This document shows positions 1 to 13,292 of a stretch of 64,000 bases of DNA, piece by piece. Source of the DNA: Zygnema circumcarinatum SAG 698-1b (lineage: Eukaryota; Plantae; Zygnematophyceae); NCBI GenBank assembly GCA_037447605.1, contig CM074816.1:124001-188000 (forward strand), in the 5' to 3' direction. Position numbers and translations under genes: made by a program. The notes under the pieces are model-generated. The model did not search any database. It was given only the letters and a program-made list of their open reading frames with translations, and had not been told where the DNA came from. Numbering within the stretch: the stretch's first letter is position 1; each line of letters begins with the position of its first letter.

Positions 1-96
1 GAGAGAAGACGGAGAGGGAGTAATAGTTGAGAGAGAGATAGGAGGAATAGAGACGCTGATGAGAGTAGGAGGGATCGGCAAGCGATGGTCGTGCAG

Positions 97-1573
97 ATGG
101 AGACTATCTCCAATTACAAGTTCTGTCTCGCGTTTGAGAACTCGTGCGAAGATGATTATGTGACTGAAAAGTTTTGGCAAAGTTTAGTCGCCGGCTGTGT
201 ACCTATCGTCGTGGGAGCACCCAACATTAAGGACTTCGCGCCTGCGGAAGGCTCATATGTTCACATCAAGGTAAGCCGAATTATAGGGCTCTCTCTCACG
301 ATTTGAGGGGATTCCATAGAACATAAAAGGTTCGGTTAATTGGGACATATGCAAGAGTAGTGTTCAGAGAGGAAACTTAGCTTCACTTCCGGCTTATAAA
401 CAATCAAAACTTTCAAAAAAGCAAGTTGAGATGATTGTAGTATGAGGGAAGTTCTCCACTTTCCGTGGATTGTGTTCGGACTGCCCTTAGGGCTGTAATT
501 TGTGCCCAAATTCCTAAAGCCATAGCACCTTGAAAGCAATAACCCCATTTACTAAAACTATCCGTTGCCTGAAATCAGAGTGCGAACGAGATAGAAGGGG
601 CCGCCCAGAAAATACAGGAGATAAGCAACACTCCGGGAGCGTGGGAACAAATGGTGGAATGGAAAACAAAGGGACCTTCGACCCAATTCAAAGCTCTCCT
701 TGACATGTCAGCAGTTCATTCCTCCTGCCGGCTGTGCATATATTTGGCGGACGAAAAACATGTGAAGGATGAGCAGATGGTGAAGCAGCGCAGGCCATGC
801 AGGTCACACCTCTTCCTCTTTCTCTCTCTCGCCACTCTCTCCCTCCCAATGTCCCACCCCTTTCTCCCTTCTTTTCTTCCCCGGCTCTCTATCGCCCCCC
901 CCTCCCCCCCTCTCTGTATCTTACTCTCCCTCTCTCCTCTCCCCCTCCCTCTTCCTTCCTCTCACTCACCCACTTTCTCCCCCCTCCCTCATTTTCCCTT
1001 TCTCTTCCCGACTCTCCTCGTCCGTCTCTCTGCCCCCTCCCCCCGTCCCCCCCCCCCCCCCCCCCCCCTTCCCCCTTCTCTCTCACTCCCTTCCCCACAC
1101 CTCTCCTCCTTCCTTTATCCCTCCCTTTGGGCTCAGCGCCAAATGCGGTGATCAATTACCAACACCTCAATCTCCTCCTTGCTCTCTTTTTCGTCCCTCT
1201 TTACTTCAGGTGCAAGGAAAGAACGCCGGAGGGGCAATCCCAAGTGGTATACCACATCTATGTGAGAGAGAGAGGGCGCTTCTACTTCTCCTCCCTCTAC
1301 CTCAGAGAGAGTACACAGCTCACCCTAGAGGCCCTCAAGGAGGCCATCAGAGCCACGTTTAGGGCCACAGGGCACGAGCCCATTTGGAGGAGTAAGCGCC
1401 CTCCTGTTCTTGTAGGGGAGAGCGATCTTGAGCTTAACATATACAAAATTTATCCGGCGGGGTCGACTCAAAGGGCTGCTTTGTATGGAAATGCTGCCTT
1501 CAATAGCGACGACGACTTGAGAACCTATCTCGGAAGCCATCCTTGTGCAAAATTAGAAGTTATTTTTGTGTAA
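97..1573 (+). CDS. FUT11: Glycoprotein core alpha-1,3-fucosyltransferase (GT10), last three exons (97-270, 579-802, 1210-1573); 5' part lies outside the window
   Basis: Peptides [64 protein letters not shown] and C-terminal CAKLEVIFV match plant FucTA; GT/AG junctions are phase-consistent. Confidence 0.92.
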
Positions 1574-1859
1574 TATACGGAACTCTCGTTCTTTTAAACT
1601 AACCAAATTTTGTTGTTTAATAATTTTGAACCTGTTTAATTCTTTTCAACCGGCTCGGACTCTGATTGGGGGATGTTTTTCGAACATTTTTTCTTTGAGG
1701 GTGAATGTGTACCATCAACAGCTTACATTCGCGAAAAGTCAGTATTTACAGAATTGACCCGACACTTTACAACTTATTGCATGGGATAACCGAGTACTGA
1801 GTAAACCACCGCAAGCGCCCTGAACCCTTACGCAAGCATTGCCAAAGGAGAAATCCTCC

Positions 1860-2110
1860 TGCTCCGCTTTCAGTTCCTCTCTCTCAGCTCATGTCTCCGC
1901 TCTCCTTCCTATCTCCTTTCTCTCATCGCTTCTCTGTCAGCTCCTCTCTTAGCTCCTCCCTCTCTCAACTCCACTCCCTCTCGCTCAACTCCTCTCTCTC
2001 TCTCAGCTCCTCTCTCTCTTAACTCCTCTCAGCTCCTCGCTCTCTTTCTTAACTCCCCTCTCTCTCAGCTCCCCTCTCTCTCAGCTCCTCCCTCCCTCAG
2101 CTCCTCTCTC
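1860..2110. repeat. Degenerate pyrimidine-rich tandem repeat (CTCTCAGCTC-like units)
   Basis: Recurrent ctctcagctcct / ctctcaactc units read directly. Confidence 0.7.
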
Positions 2111-3115
2111 TCGACACGCCGAACGCCTCGCCCGGAGGCTTGAGAGCGTCGATGTGGGCCTCCGCTCTGTTGGGGGAATTGGGAACGGTCGGACCCTCCG
2201 GAAAGCGTTTAGGATCGACCTCTTCTTGGTCGCGCCGAGGGGCTGTGGGGACCCTCTCGCCCCTTAGCTTGCTGGAAAGACTCATGGAGACTGCAACAAG
2301 GGCTGCATTCGACAGTGTGAACAAAGAGTACTTTTTGGTGTTAATTTGGTGTAAACAGGCGCAAGAAGAGGAATCAGAAGCGCCTAGGAGACATGAATCG
2401 GAAGGAGAGAAGGGTGAAAGCGGTAGAAAGAGAAGAGCGAAAGGAAAGATAGAAAGCGAGATGGAAAGGTGGGAAGAAGAGTGCAAAGGGCGAAGTCTGA
2501 GGGAAAGTAGTACCGACCTTGTAGTAACATTTACGGAATTCAACAGGGAACAAAATTAAATAAAGAAAAAGTGAAAAGTAATTTCACTCACCTGCAGCCA
2601 CAAGAGCTCCCGCCACAAGGATGCGTTTTTCCATAAAGCCGCTCTCAGCCTTCAAAGGAGCCTCGCCAGCTCCTTCGCGCCAAGAAGCAGGATTCTTTTT
2701 TTTTTTTTTTTTTTTTTTCCTTACAGAAAACCTCTTTATTTGAGAAGCATTAATCAAACTCAAGCATTACGAGTGCACCTGCATCACCCAGAAAAAAAAA
2801 TAAAAATGAGGGGGAGAAAAAAGTACACGTAAATGACATTTCTGCGCGGGTCTTGCCATAAGTCTGATATTCAAACATCATAGTTCGGATCGGAAATGGG
2901 AAGACTGCCCGAATTAAGCACCCTTTACTTTCAGCACACAGCTTCCTTCAATCCTGACTAATCATTAACCAACTCTCAAGACATGTCTTACGCGTCTAAA
3001 CCCTAAAAACCCAAAACCTTTAATGCGAGGACCCCATATGAAGAAACCCGCAAAAGACCCACTTCTTCGTTTCTCTGCTGGTTAAAATTTATTAAATTTC
3101 TTTTCCCAACATACC
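2097..3115 (-). other. Possible small spliced transcript divergent from RH58; product unknown
   Basis: Minus-strand donors GTATGT (~3114) and GTGAGT (~2591), an acceptor at ~2384 and an open frame (MEKRILVAGALVAA / ...PKRFPEGPTVPNSPNRAEAHIDALK); no family recognised. Confidence 0.3.
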
Positions 3116-3249
3116 TACTTTGGCCCCTCCGCCTTCAGCGGCCTCCCCCCCTGCAAGGCGGCTGCTGGAAACGCTGAAATGCGAGAAAGTTGTTCAACGG
3201 AGCGTTAAACTGTGCTCATGGAAACAGCGCTTCGCTGGGAACGCCATGA

Positions 3250-3450
3250 CCTGCCACGTGGCAGAACATGATTGCATGCTTTGTTCCACGTGGCAGTCGT
3301 TTTGTAAAAGTGAAAAAAGTAGTTGAAAGCGACACGTGTCAAACTCTGGCGACAGAAAAAGGCGTCACGCTCCACGTCAAACCCGTACGGTACGGTCAAT
3401 ATCGTACGGCCTAGGTTAGGATGTACGAAAACGTGACACATGTCACAGAA
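3250..3450. promoter_or_regulatory. Upstream region of RH58 with G-boxes and CCGTAC/GTACGG motifs
   Basis: gccacgtggc, tccacgtggc, gacacgtgtc, cccgtacggtacgg within about 200 bp. Confidence 0.45.
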
Positions 3451-3824
3451 GGCTGTTTCACGGCCAGTTTTATCATAGATTCTAAAAATTTTCGCTTTTC
3501 GACAGTGTCGTTCAACACGAATTTTTTGGAATCCACATGGAGCCGCTCAAAGGGTTACAGAATCCGCAGATGACTAGTTGTGAGGTATTCGTGTTTTGGA
3601 CGTCCAATGGGACACTGAGCGTCCGCCCCTCAGACTGCAGAGCGGTGCCTCCCTATCCTTGAAGAGCTCGGCGACTTTGAGGCTATGGCTGCACCCCTAA
3701 TCTGAACCCTGACAATCCCTGTTCGTCAAACTCTCATATATTACGCTGTGTAGCAGCCATGCACAGGTCGGACTATCCTTGAACCCTAATTGCGTCCCCA
3801 CCTGGCGTTTACCCTAAAAACAAA

Positions 3825-6800
3825 ATGTCGCTCCATACCTTCTTCCAATTCCCGGGCCTTTCCTCAGCTGGGCGCAGCAGCTTGCACGGAAAATGGAATT
3901 TTTTATTCTTACAGAAACAGACTCTTTTGAATCCGCATGGTAAAAAATTCGGCCTTAAATTCACTCCTGGGCGTCACATATGCATTAAAGCTTCACATCC
4001 AAAAGCAACTTCAGGTGCAATCACTCGGCTTCCAGCAGCAGTGGGAGAAGAGAACGTGGGGCTTGAGGAGGGAGGAGTGCAGAAGGAGGGAGGCAGGGGA
4101 GGCGAGAGCAGTCTAATGGAGCTCTGCCACGGCATGGCGCCTGAATGGTTGTTGAAGAGGTGATGCGCTTCCCTGAAACCTTTCTTTGTGTGTGTGTGAG
4201 AATCCCTCCCTCTCTTCCGCTCCCTCTCCCTTTCCCATCTCCTCATCCTCTTTCCCCTTCGACTTTATCTTTCCGACCATCCCCTCCCCCACCCCCCCTC
4301 CTTCCATCGTCCTACCACCCCGTCCCTCGCCTCTCTCTCCCTCTCCCTCTCCCTCTCCCTCTCCTTCGCCCCGCCCTTGATTGCCTGATTCCAATACAAT
4401 CATAATCTGAAAGACTATACAACGACGAATGCTCATTGACTCGATGATTTAACCGTCGTTCGAGAATTTGTCCTTTTTCTTCTGGTAGACTTTTTCTGAA
4501 GTTATAGTTGTATACCTCATAAATTCAGATTTATATGCTCATCATCATGGTTCTTTTAGAATGTTTTGTTTTTTGCTCAAGACACATCTTTTCTAGGGTT
4601 GTACAGGGCTTCTGAAGTCGGATATGGGGTTCCAACAATGACCCAAAGGAAGGCGTTGCCTTTGGGATTCGCCCGCCGTGACTTCCTCCTGCACGCTCAG
4701 GCACCTCCTGCATTCTCTTTTTATTCCCACTAAAGTTTCTTCCTTACGTTTTTTATATCATGATTAACGTGAAGAGTCAAATTTCAAAGTGAAGCTATGA
4801 TGTTAGAGTGACTGCGGGCGTGTGCGCGGGATCGCCGAGATGAGGGGGGGAGGGGAGGAGAGGACGAGAGGGGGTGGGGGGAGTGAGATGAGAGCGAGAG
4901 AGAGGGGTTGAAATGAATGAATTTTTTTAATTTGAGTGATTTTTTGGGAATTGGCGTTTGGGCAGACAGGCTCTGGAAAGACTGTGGCATATCTCCTGCC
5001 TTTGCTTTCTGCAGTGGACGGAAACAGGTCCTCTGTGCAGGCCATTGTGGTCGTTCCAACTCGGGAGCTCGGCATGCAGGTAGAAGTTTCATACTTTAAG
5101 CTTTCCTTCTTAAGCTTTCCTTCTTCTTACTTTCTTAACCTTGCTTTGGGGTTTACAGTTAGGCTGTTGCTTCCTTTTGTGCCTCTTTTCTTTGGGGTTC
5201 GGACTTTATTTACTCTTCCCAGTGTTTCACTGGAATTCGGCTCTCAGAAATTCTTTCTGCGAATTATACTATAGAATATGGAAATGCTCAAACGATCCTG
5301 AAATCTGTGAAGAACCCTGAAAAATCTAAGGACTCACACGTAGTGGTGAGGGTCTGGCAGGTGGCACGTGTAGCGCGGCAGTTGGTGGGGAGGAGTGAGG
5401 AAGGGGCTGAGAGTGAAGGAGAGAAAAAGGGAGAAAAGATATCCGTGATGGCGCTGCTGGATGGAGGGACTTCAAGTCGACAAAAGGCGTGGCTGAAGGT
5501 ATGAGCGGGAGAGGGAGAGAGAGAGGGAGAGGGAGAGGGGGGTGGGAGGGGGAAGGAGGGAGGGTAGAGGGAAAATGGGAGAGAGGAGGATGAGACCAGG
5601 AGACATGAGGGAGATTTATGGAGGGAGGATGGAAGGGAGAGGAAGCTGGAATTGGGAGTAAGCAAGAGGAATGGGGGGGCAAGTGGAGGTCGTAGAAGAC
5701 AATAGGGGCTGGAGGGGACGGAGGAAGCCGCAGATGCAGTGGGAGAGGGTGTGACCAAGGGAGATGTACCTATTCAGGAAAAGGTGGAAAGTTGAAGTGA
5801 TGGGTTGCTCTTTGGCATGCAGGCGGAGCCTCCCCAAGTCGTGGTGGGAACTCCGGATCGAATTCTTAAAATGATTGAAACCAAAAATCTGCGTCCGAAT
5901 GCAGTGAACTGTGTTGTAGTTGATGAGGTAAGCTTTTTTTTCTTCTCTAAACTTCCAGAAACTTTTTTGTACGACCTCTCATCCCACCTTCATACTCCTG
6001 TTTTTTTTCCCGCATATATCCCTTTTTGTACCTTAGGGCTGTCAACAACGGAGCTCTGTCCGATAATATTGGTGGAAAAACAGCAACTATGAAATAATAT
6101 TAACCTAATGAATTTTTCACCTCTGAATTGACAGTTTTCAATCACGAGCGAGTGCAGGTGGATGCTGTGACTTTCAGCACCAAAGTTTCCGGTTCGGGCA
6201 GCCTCCGAAAATTGCTGGCCTGCCTTCCCCTGCCCGGGCAGCGGCAAACAATTTTCGCCAGTGCCACAGTGCCCCAACACCATCACTTCCTGCAGGAATG
6301 TGTGAAAAATAAATGGACAAAGGTGAAGCTGGAATTTTGCAAGAGCAACTTTTTGTCAATTGGAATCTGGTCTGGAATGGGTTTTTTCAGACGAGAAGAG
6401 TTTTGTAGCCCTTCAAGTTTCAAAGTGTTCGAGTTTCATCCATTTCCTTTGGTTTATTTTAGGCTTTGAAATTTCAGTGTTGGGGGGTGTTACTGTTTTC
6501 AGGAGGATGTTATCCATTGCCACGTGGAGCCGGAAGAGCAGATTCCACCTTACATATTACATCAGTATGCGGTACGGGCCTATTCAGAACCCTACCATTC
6601 TACCTCCCTACCTCCCTATCTCCCTACCTCCCTACCTCGTTATCTCCCTACCGCCCTATCTCCCTACCTCCCTACCTCCCTATCTCCCTACCTCCCTACC
6701 TCGTTATCTCCCTACCTCCCTACCTCCCTATCTCCCTATCTTCCTACCTCCCTACCTCCCTACCTCCCTACCTCCCTACCTCCCTACCTCCCTACCTCCC

Positions 6801-8463
6801 TACCTCCCTACCTCCCTACCTCCCTACCTCCCTACCTCCCTACCTCCCTACCTCCCTACCTCCCTACCTCCCTACCTCCCTACCTCCCTACCTCCCTACC
6901 TCCCTACCTCCCTACCTCCCTACCTCCCTACCTCCCTACCTCCCTACCGCCGTCTCGCCCGCCCTCCCGCCCTCCTTCCCTCCCTCCCCTTTCAGACACT
7001 TTTGTAGCTTGGAAAATTTCTAAGGATCCCACAACTTGAAGCCCTAAAGCCTAATCTCAAAACTCTACAAAGTATGAACCACTGTTCAAAAAGCACTTCG
7101 TTTATGTTCAGTTTTTTTTTTTGACGATTGAGAAAATGCTCTCAGAAATGATTTAGTTAACAGCATTTTTATGGCTGGCTGATGATCACTTGCTCCTTTC
7201 TAGGTTTTACTTATGTCAAAGTTTTGTTCTTATGTGCCCGTAGGTTTGCGGGCAGCACGAAAAATTAGATGCTCTTTATGCGCTCATAGTTGCGGACAAA
7301 CCTCGGGCAGCAATGATTTTCGTGAGCGGGCAGGTGAAGAAATCAGTCTATTCTACTCCTCTGTAGTCTACAATAATCTCACTTTCTCTCTCTCTCTCTC
7401 TCTCTCTCCCGCCCTCCCTCACGCTGACACACATACATTCCCTTTGTGATTCAAACGAAGCTGCATGTGCTCCTTTCTTCACATAATAGAAAAAGTGAAA
7501 GCCAATGTTTTCATAAGTCGAATAGAAATGGCGAATAGATAAGAAGAGATTACTGAAGGGATTAATTTCCCTGCCGAAGCTCCTGACCCCCTCCCTCCCT
7601 CCCTCCCTCCCTCTCTCCCTCTCTCCCTCCCTCCCTCCTCCGTCATCTTTTCAGTCAGAGAAGGCAAAACGCACGGGAGCGCCGCCGCCCGCAGAAGTGG
7701 TGGCGAGCTTTTTGGCGGAGCGAACTTTCCCTGAAGAGGGGGGAAAAATGGAGCCGTTGGTGCTTCTAGAGGAGGCGCATGTGAACGCGCGAACGTTCAC
7801 TGTGCAGGTGCGGGCACATCATCATCTGCATTCAAGATTTAGGGTTTAGGGTATCAAGGCTTAAGGTTCAGGGTTTAAGTTCAGGGTATCAAGGTCTAGG
7901 GTTTAGGGTATCAAGGTTTAAGGTTCAGGGTTTAGGGTTCAGGGTATCAAGGTTTATGGTTCAGGGTGTAGGGTTCAGGATATCAAGATTTAGGGTTTAG
8001 GGTATCGAAGTCTGGGGTATAAGCTTTAGGGTTTTTAGGGTTTAGAGTATCAAGGTCGAGGGTTTAGGGTTTAGGGTATCGAGGTCTAGGGTAAAGGGTT
8101 TAGGTGAAGGTTTAGGGTTCAGGGTTGATGGCATTACCTAAGTATTGCCGCTGAGAGGGCGGGGGGGGGGGAATGCAGGATTTCCGTGAAGGCAACCGCA
8201 GGCTGTTGGTGGCAACGGAACTGGCGGCACGTGGCCTGGACCTGCCGGAGGTGAGCCACGTGTACAACTACGATTTGCCGGGCGATGCCACGTCATACCT
8301 CCACCGAGCGGGGCGGACGGGGAGGCGGCCCATAGAGAGGGAGGAGGGCGTCGTGACAAGTGTCACGGCCGAGAAGGAGCTCTTTGTGCTTCGGCGGATT
8401 GGGAATGAATTGGACCTAAACATGTTGAGGAAGGAGTGGACTCGGGTTAACGAAGTGTGTTGA
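3825..8463 (+). CDS. RH58: Chloroplast DEAD-box ATP-dependent RNA helicase 58-like; 10 exons (3825-4159, 4607-4700, 4966-5079, 5361-5498, 5823-5927, 6158-6322, 6503-6571, 7244-7333, 7655-7807, 8179-8463)
   Basis: Transit-peptide-like N-terminus; motifs AQ|[36 protein letters not shown]|[31 protein letters not shown]; all exon phases join in frame. Confidence 0.93.
6600..6948. repeat. 8-bp tandem repeat (CTACCTCC)n filling RH58 intron 7
   Basis: Near-perfect ctccctac array read directly. Confidence 0.95.
7838..8125. repeat. Degenerate interstitial telomere-like array (TTTAGGG / TTCAGGG interspersed with TATCAAGG) in RH58 intron 9
   Basis: tttagggtttaggg and ttcaggg units read directly. Confidence 0.85.
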
Positions 8464-9693
8464 ACCGTGTTGAACTATGTTGTTTGGAATACTCTATGTT
8501 CTACCTATGTTCTATGTTCTATTTTCTATGTTCTATGAATACCGTATTTTGTTTCAGAAATAGAAAGGGTTGACTTTTGGGATCTTTGCAGGATGATGTA
8601 TGGATGGATGCATACCATGAAAGGCAGTAGGGTTTTGGGGTTACGGCCATGAAGACCCTGGCGTCGCGTTTGTGTGGCGGACATGGTGTCAGTGCAGATA
8701 AGATCATCGACAATGTAGGGTTCAGAATCAAATATCAGGGCTTAAGAGTCCACCTAAAGTGAAGGTATAAAGGGCGACATACTGTTGCGGGGTTTCTTAC
8801 GAGGGAAACGATGGCTCGCCACACCAATGACAATTTACACATCGTACTATGATGGGTGAGAAGCATTTGCAGGTCGGGGGGGTACTATCATCGCGCTTTT
8901 TGAACAGCCTGTGGTAAAAAATGAGCATTTGGATCAGCATCCACTTGTTGATATGATATGTGTTGCTTGGTAAATGTCAACCGAAGGACACTCTCCAAAT
9001 GCTTCAAGTTATTGCCGAAGTTATGTCATAAAATTTATCATTGACTTTTCTGAGGCGGGCATGGCGGGTCTAGCAAGCTTCAGTGGCAGAATGTGTTCAG
9101 GACCAATATGAACAAGTTCGAAGTCTGCATGTCTTGATAGAACAAGCGACCTTCAAGGATACTTTTTAAAAAAGTACAAAGTAAAGGAAAAGTGACAGTT
9201 GTAGGGTTCAAGGTTTAAGGCTCAGAGGCCTCCTACTCAGGACCTACGAGTTAACCTAAAGGCACCGCAGCTGCAGCTGCCATATGTAGGAAGTACTCGT
9301 TGCCTCTCTATATGCTCACTGTACACAGCCGCCTCCTTGCCCTCGCAATACTATCGCCTCCGCCTCTATAAAGCTCAATATTTACAATTGGCGGCTGAGG
9401 TATATCACAAGCTAGTGGCATTTCCCTTCGTCCATGCGCTCTCTCCTCTCCACGCACCTCTCTCGCTCTCCCTCTCTCCCTCCCTCCTCACACTCCCACT
9501 CCCACTCCCACCCACACTCTCTCCCTCTTCCCACCGTCCTATTTACAACTTGCTATGGTATTATCATCTGTTAGGCTTCACTGCACAGCCCCAACACAAC
9601 TAAGGTGCGTCCTAGAGCCAAGCAAACACCACCTTTTCCTCGTCTCCCCCTCCCCCCTCTCCCTCGGCCGCTTCCTCTCCTCCTATACCTCTT

Positions 9694-12600
9694 CTACACA
9701 GCTAGAGCTATCCACCCCCATTTCCAGCACACGTAAAAGACTGCTCCCGCAAAGCTCATACCGAGCAAGAAGGGCAGCCCGAAACAGCCCAGCTCTATCT
9801 CCCAGGCCTGCTCACTCTCCAGCAGCGCTGGGAGAGATTGTGGGAGACATGCGTCCGTACACTTGAGACCCGTATTCACAGCACTGGATACTCCCAAGAC
9901 CTTCTTTAATATGCAGCATGGCGGGCTCGGCTGATAGATTTCTGGTCGGCGCAGCCGCATGTTTTCAGCCTGCGTTTTAGCAGCCACATTATAGATGTGG
10001 GGATATAATAGATGCCGTTATGGCAGTACGACTTGTATAAATGAAACCATGCTAATAGGGTCTGGACAAAAAATTTCCAGATAGTAAGTGTGGAGTGAAT
10101 AGAGAATTTCGATGGGGAATCGAGAATAGGCTACGGTTGGAAAGCTTCGTACTTGGCAGAGGAGCCCAACGATTGAAGGAGGATTGTACATTAGATGCAG
10201 TGAACTTAAAACTGGCCCTGAACATACATGGAACGTCTGCTAAATCGTAAAGCACACCTTAAATAATTTGTTTTGATGATAATGTCTTAGACATACCTGC
10301 AGTAGAAATGCCCATTGCCGGGATGCATATGAGACCGAACACTCCCTGAGAAGCAAGGCAAACAATCGCTCCTTTTCTGCCTGAGCATGGACAGCGCCCT
10401 CCTCTGCCTGCCTTGCTCGGGTCTGAGAGTGGCAGAGAGCCTCCCCAATGCTAAGCATGTCCTGCCTCTCAGAACGCTCTGAGCTGCCTCCACGAAGGCC
10501 ATTCCATACTCCGGTCCGCCCAACAGGGAGGGTTTGACTAATATTGCTGAAGCTGCACCAGGAAAATTGACTACTAATCAGCAGCAGAAAAACTCCTAAG
10601 TTGATTCATTACGGCATCAGATGCATTAGGTGCGTGATTGAGTTGCAAGGACAGGGAGTGTGTGTTAAATTTGAGTCCAATGCGATTAAATACTTTCGGC
10701 ATAGAAGCCAACATCAGGAGGGACATCAAAGGAAACGGAATGAAGATCAAAGAGCGAGAAAAAAGGAACTTGGAAGGGTCCCTTTACTTGTGACTCTTGA
10801 TTTGGCTGACTGTCAAATGACAGCTAAGTCACAGGTTGTCCTTGCATCCGACTTCCAGACCCCCTATCTGGACTAAAACATCTAAAGATAACAGGAATGA
10901 ACAATAAGAGAAAAGCCACGATAAGCATGAAAACTCACTCATGTGGCTGCACTGATTCACAAGAAGGACAGGAAAGGACTCCTTTAGCTGGCTTCGATAT
11001 TCTGCTCCCTACTGCGGCATTTGAGTGCGAGAATTGCTGCGGATTTGAGGAAGTCGAGTCCAATTTATCGAATTCGGGATAAAGTAGCGAAGCGCTTCCT
11101 TGCAAAGTTGAACTCCGCCTTGATGATGACGCAGTTCCTTCCCCCTCAGCATACAAAGGAGTTGAATTTGTTTCCCCTTCAAGCTTCTGTGCTTTATCGA
11201 GCACTCTCGCAGTGTTGAGCTCTGCCGAGGACTGCCTGGAATTTCTATCTATCATTTCTGCAATTGTTGTTGTGGGTGGAATTGATTTTCTGTTAAAGCG
11301 TTCTCCAGCAGCAGCTCCCTTCTGAGAAGTGTGACAATTCGTATCTTGAGTTTCTGATTCGGATGCAGATGCATGTGATCTCGAAGATGCTTCTCTCATA
11401 GCTTCCGTTACCAGAGCAGAAACCTCCTCTGCCTCAGCCTTGCCCCAGTTCTCCCTTGGTTCTCTCTCCTTGCAGGACATTTGATCAAACCATCTCGAAA
11501 TTTCCCCTTGACCAGACTTTTCCGGAGCACCTGTTCTCGCAGCATCCTGACTCGAAACGACCTCCCACTGCTCCTCCCAGCCGGGCTCCATCCGTGACCC
11601 TTCTCCTGAACCTGCAACAGCTCGAATATAAGGCTTGAACTGACAAGAAGAGGGGGAAGCTCTCCTCATGTCAGCTATTCCTTCTTGAAGATTAGAATGA
11701 AGACTGCCCATTCCTCCTGCGACTACTTTCGTCTGCACGATGTCAGGACTCCCAAGCGAGGCATTTTGTGCTTGCAATTCGCCTTCTAATGTCCAGCTTG
11801 CAGGTTTTTCAGCGTGTCTTGCAGAAAACCTTCGAAACGCACTAGGAGCATTACTATCCCCGCCTAGTGTTGAACTCCCGATGGATGACCGATCAGACAT
11901 GTAAGTGGTCGAGAAAGTCAATTCCCATTCAGATCCTGCTACCTTTGTCGTCAAGCTGCGTTGCACAATGGGACGAGATATAGCAGAACTGCCTGCTCCT
12001 AAGCAAGCAGCATCCTCTCGTTGACTCCTTATAGACCCTTGTATGCTCTCCTTTCCCTCACTGATCACAGAATTTCCCGGTCTGTCCATTGACTCTTCAA
12101 TTGATCCAGGCGTTCTCGCCTTTCGTAGATGACCTTCAAATGTTTCAACTGCTGAATTTCGAGTGAAGGACTCCCTTGAAGAGGGACTCAATTCCCACTG
12201 CAGCTCTGAATTGCGAAACTCTCCGGAGGTCCGGCTGCTCCCTTGCTTGCTTACTTCCTCCTTGTTTGGCCATAAATTTCCTCTGTAGTTGGCCCGTACA
12301 TGAGGCATCTCCAACGGGAGCATCTGGCTGGAGAATGGGGAGGTAGAATATGGGAGCCGAGGTCCCCGAGAGGCTTCTTCTTGTTGCTGCAATATTCCAT
12401 TCGCAACAGCTCTTTGCCACAGAGCGCGAGCTTCGGCAACATGCTTTGGCCGCTCACTGCAGGAAACATAGCGGACAATACTATTTGGTACGAGTTTAGT
12501 GGCAGAAACAGTCTATGTGGCAAACCAAGGAGAAGCAACAAAGAAGACTTCAACCGTACAAGCAGGTGCAAAAGACCTTAGGGAACTCGACTAGTGCGAG

Positions 12601-13292
12601 CACATATCCAACAGCCAGGTGCATAGGAAGTGAGAAATTCTACAAATTCACAGAATAGAAGAGCACTTTGGCAAGAAAATGTCAGCACTAGTAAGTATTC
12701 TTTCCTGGAAAGCATAGCTGGTTTCAGGTGTCAGAGCTTCCATGGAAGGAATGTAACAAAATACTTGCAAGATTGCAATGATCTAACCATAATCTGCCGA
12801 CGTTCACTGACTATCAATTCATTAAGCCCAAAGGAGAAATAATACGCATATTGCAATAGTGTACCAGCAAACAGGTGCTGCTTGCCTTTGCTACGACAGA
12901 GGCCTTCACCTTGCATGCACAGTGGCATGTCCTGAGACCTCATTGGAAGCCGCAACCCCCACTGCTCCTGCACCAAAGTAAGAAAGCATTGCACGCGCTA
13001 TCCGCTTGATACCAGAAGCGGCAAAACTCTTGTTTCTTGGAAGTTGTTGCAATTGCTTTCGTCTGTCCGATGAAACTGTGACGGACGATGCTTGCAAGCC
13101 AGAAGCAGCCTTTCTTCTCATTTCTTGCGCATTCTTGCACGAGAAAGACGCTGCTGGAGCAGGTATGGCTAAGGCGCGCGAGGAAAGTTTAAAGTGAGGA
13201 AGCCAAATTGACTTCATTGAATTCAAGGAACTGGCCGGTTGGCCTATGATTCCCGGCCACAAGCGTAAAGCAGCCATAAGAGCTTCCATCAT
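9694..13292 (-). CDS. Uncharacterised plant protein (At1g01240/At2g46550-like family) with C-terminal TM helix; exons 13292-12910, 12456-10939, 10552-10297, 9969-9694
   Basis: Family-like motifs AEARALWQRAV, EALCHSQTRARQAEE..AEKERLFALLLRE..YASRQWAFLLQ and terminal FLLGMSFAGAVFYVCWKWGW; junction phases consistent. Confidence 0.65.

Noticed and set aside
6360-7039. ORFs with LPPYLPTS repeats
   Set aside because: Reading through the 8-bp intronic tandem repeat of RH58
10287-10523. Apparent zinc-finger ORF (CLPC..HMHPGNGHFYC)
   Set aside because: Wrong frame; the overlapping frame carries the conserved LCHSQTRAR family motif and fits the splice phases
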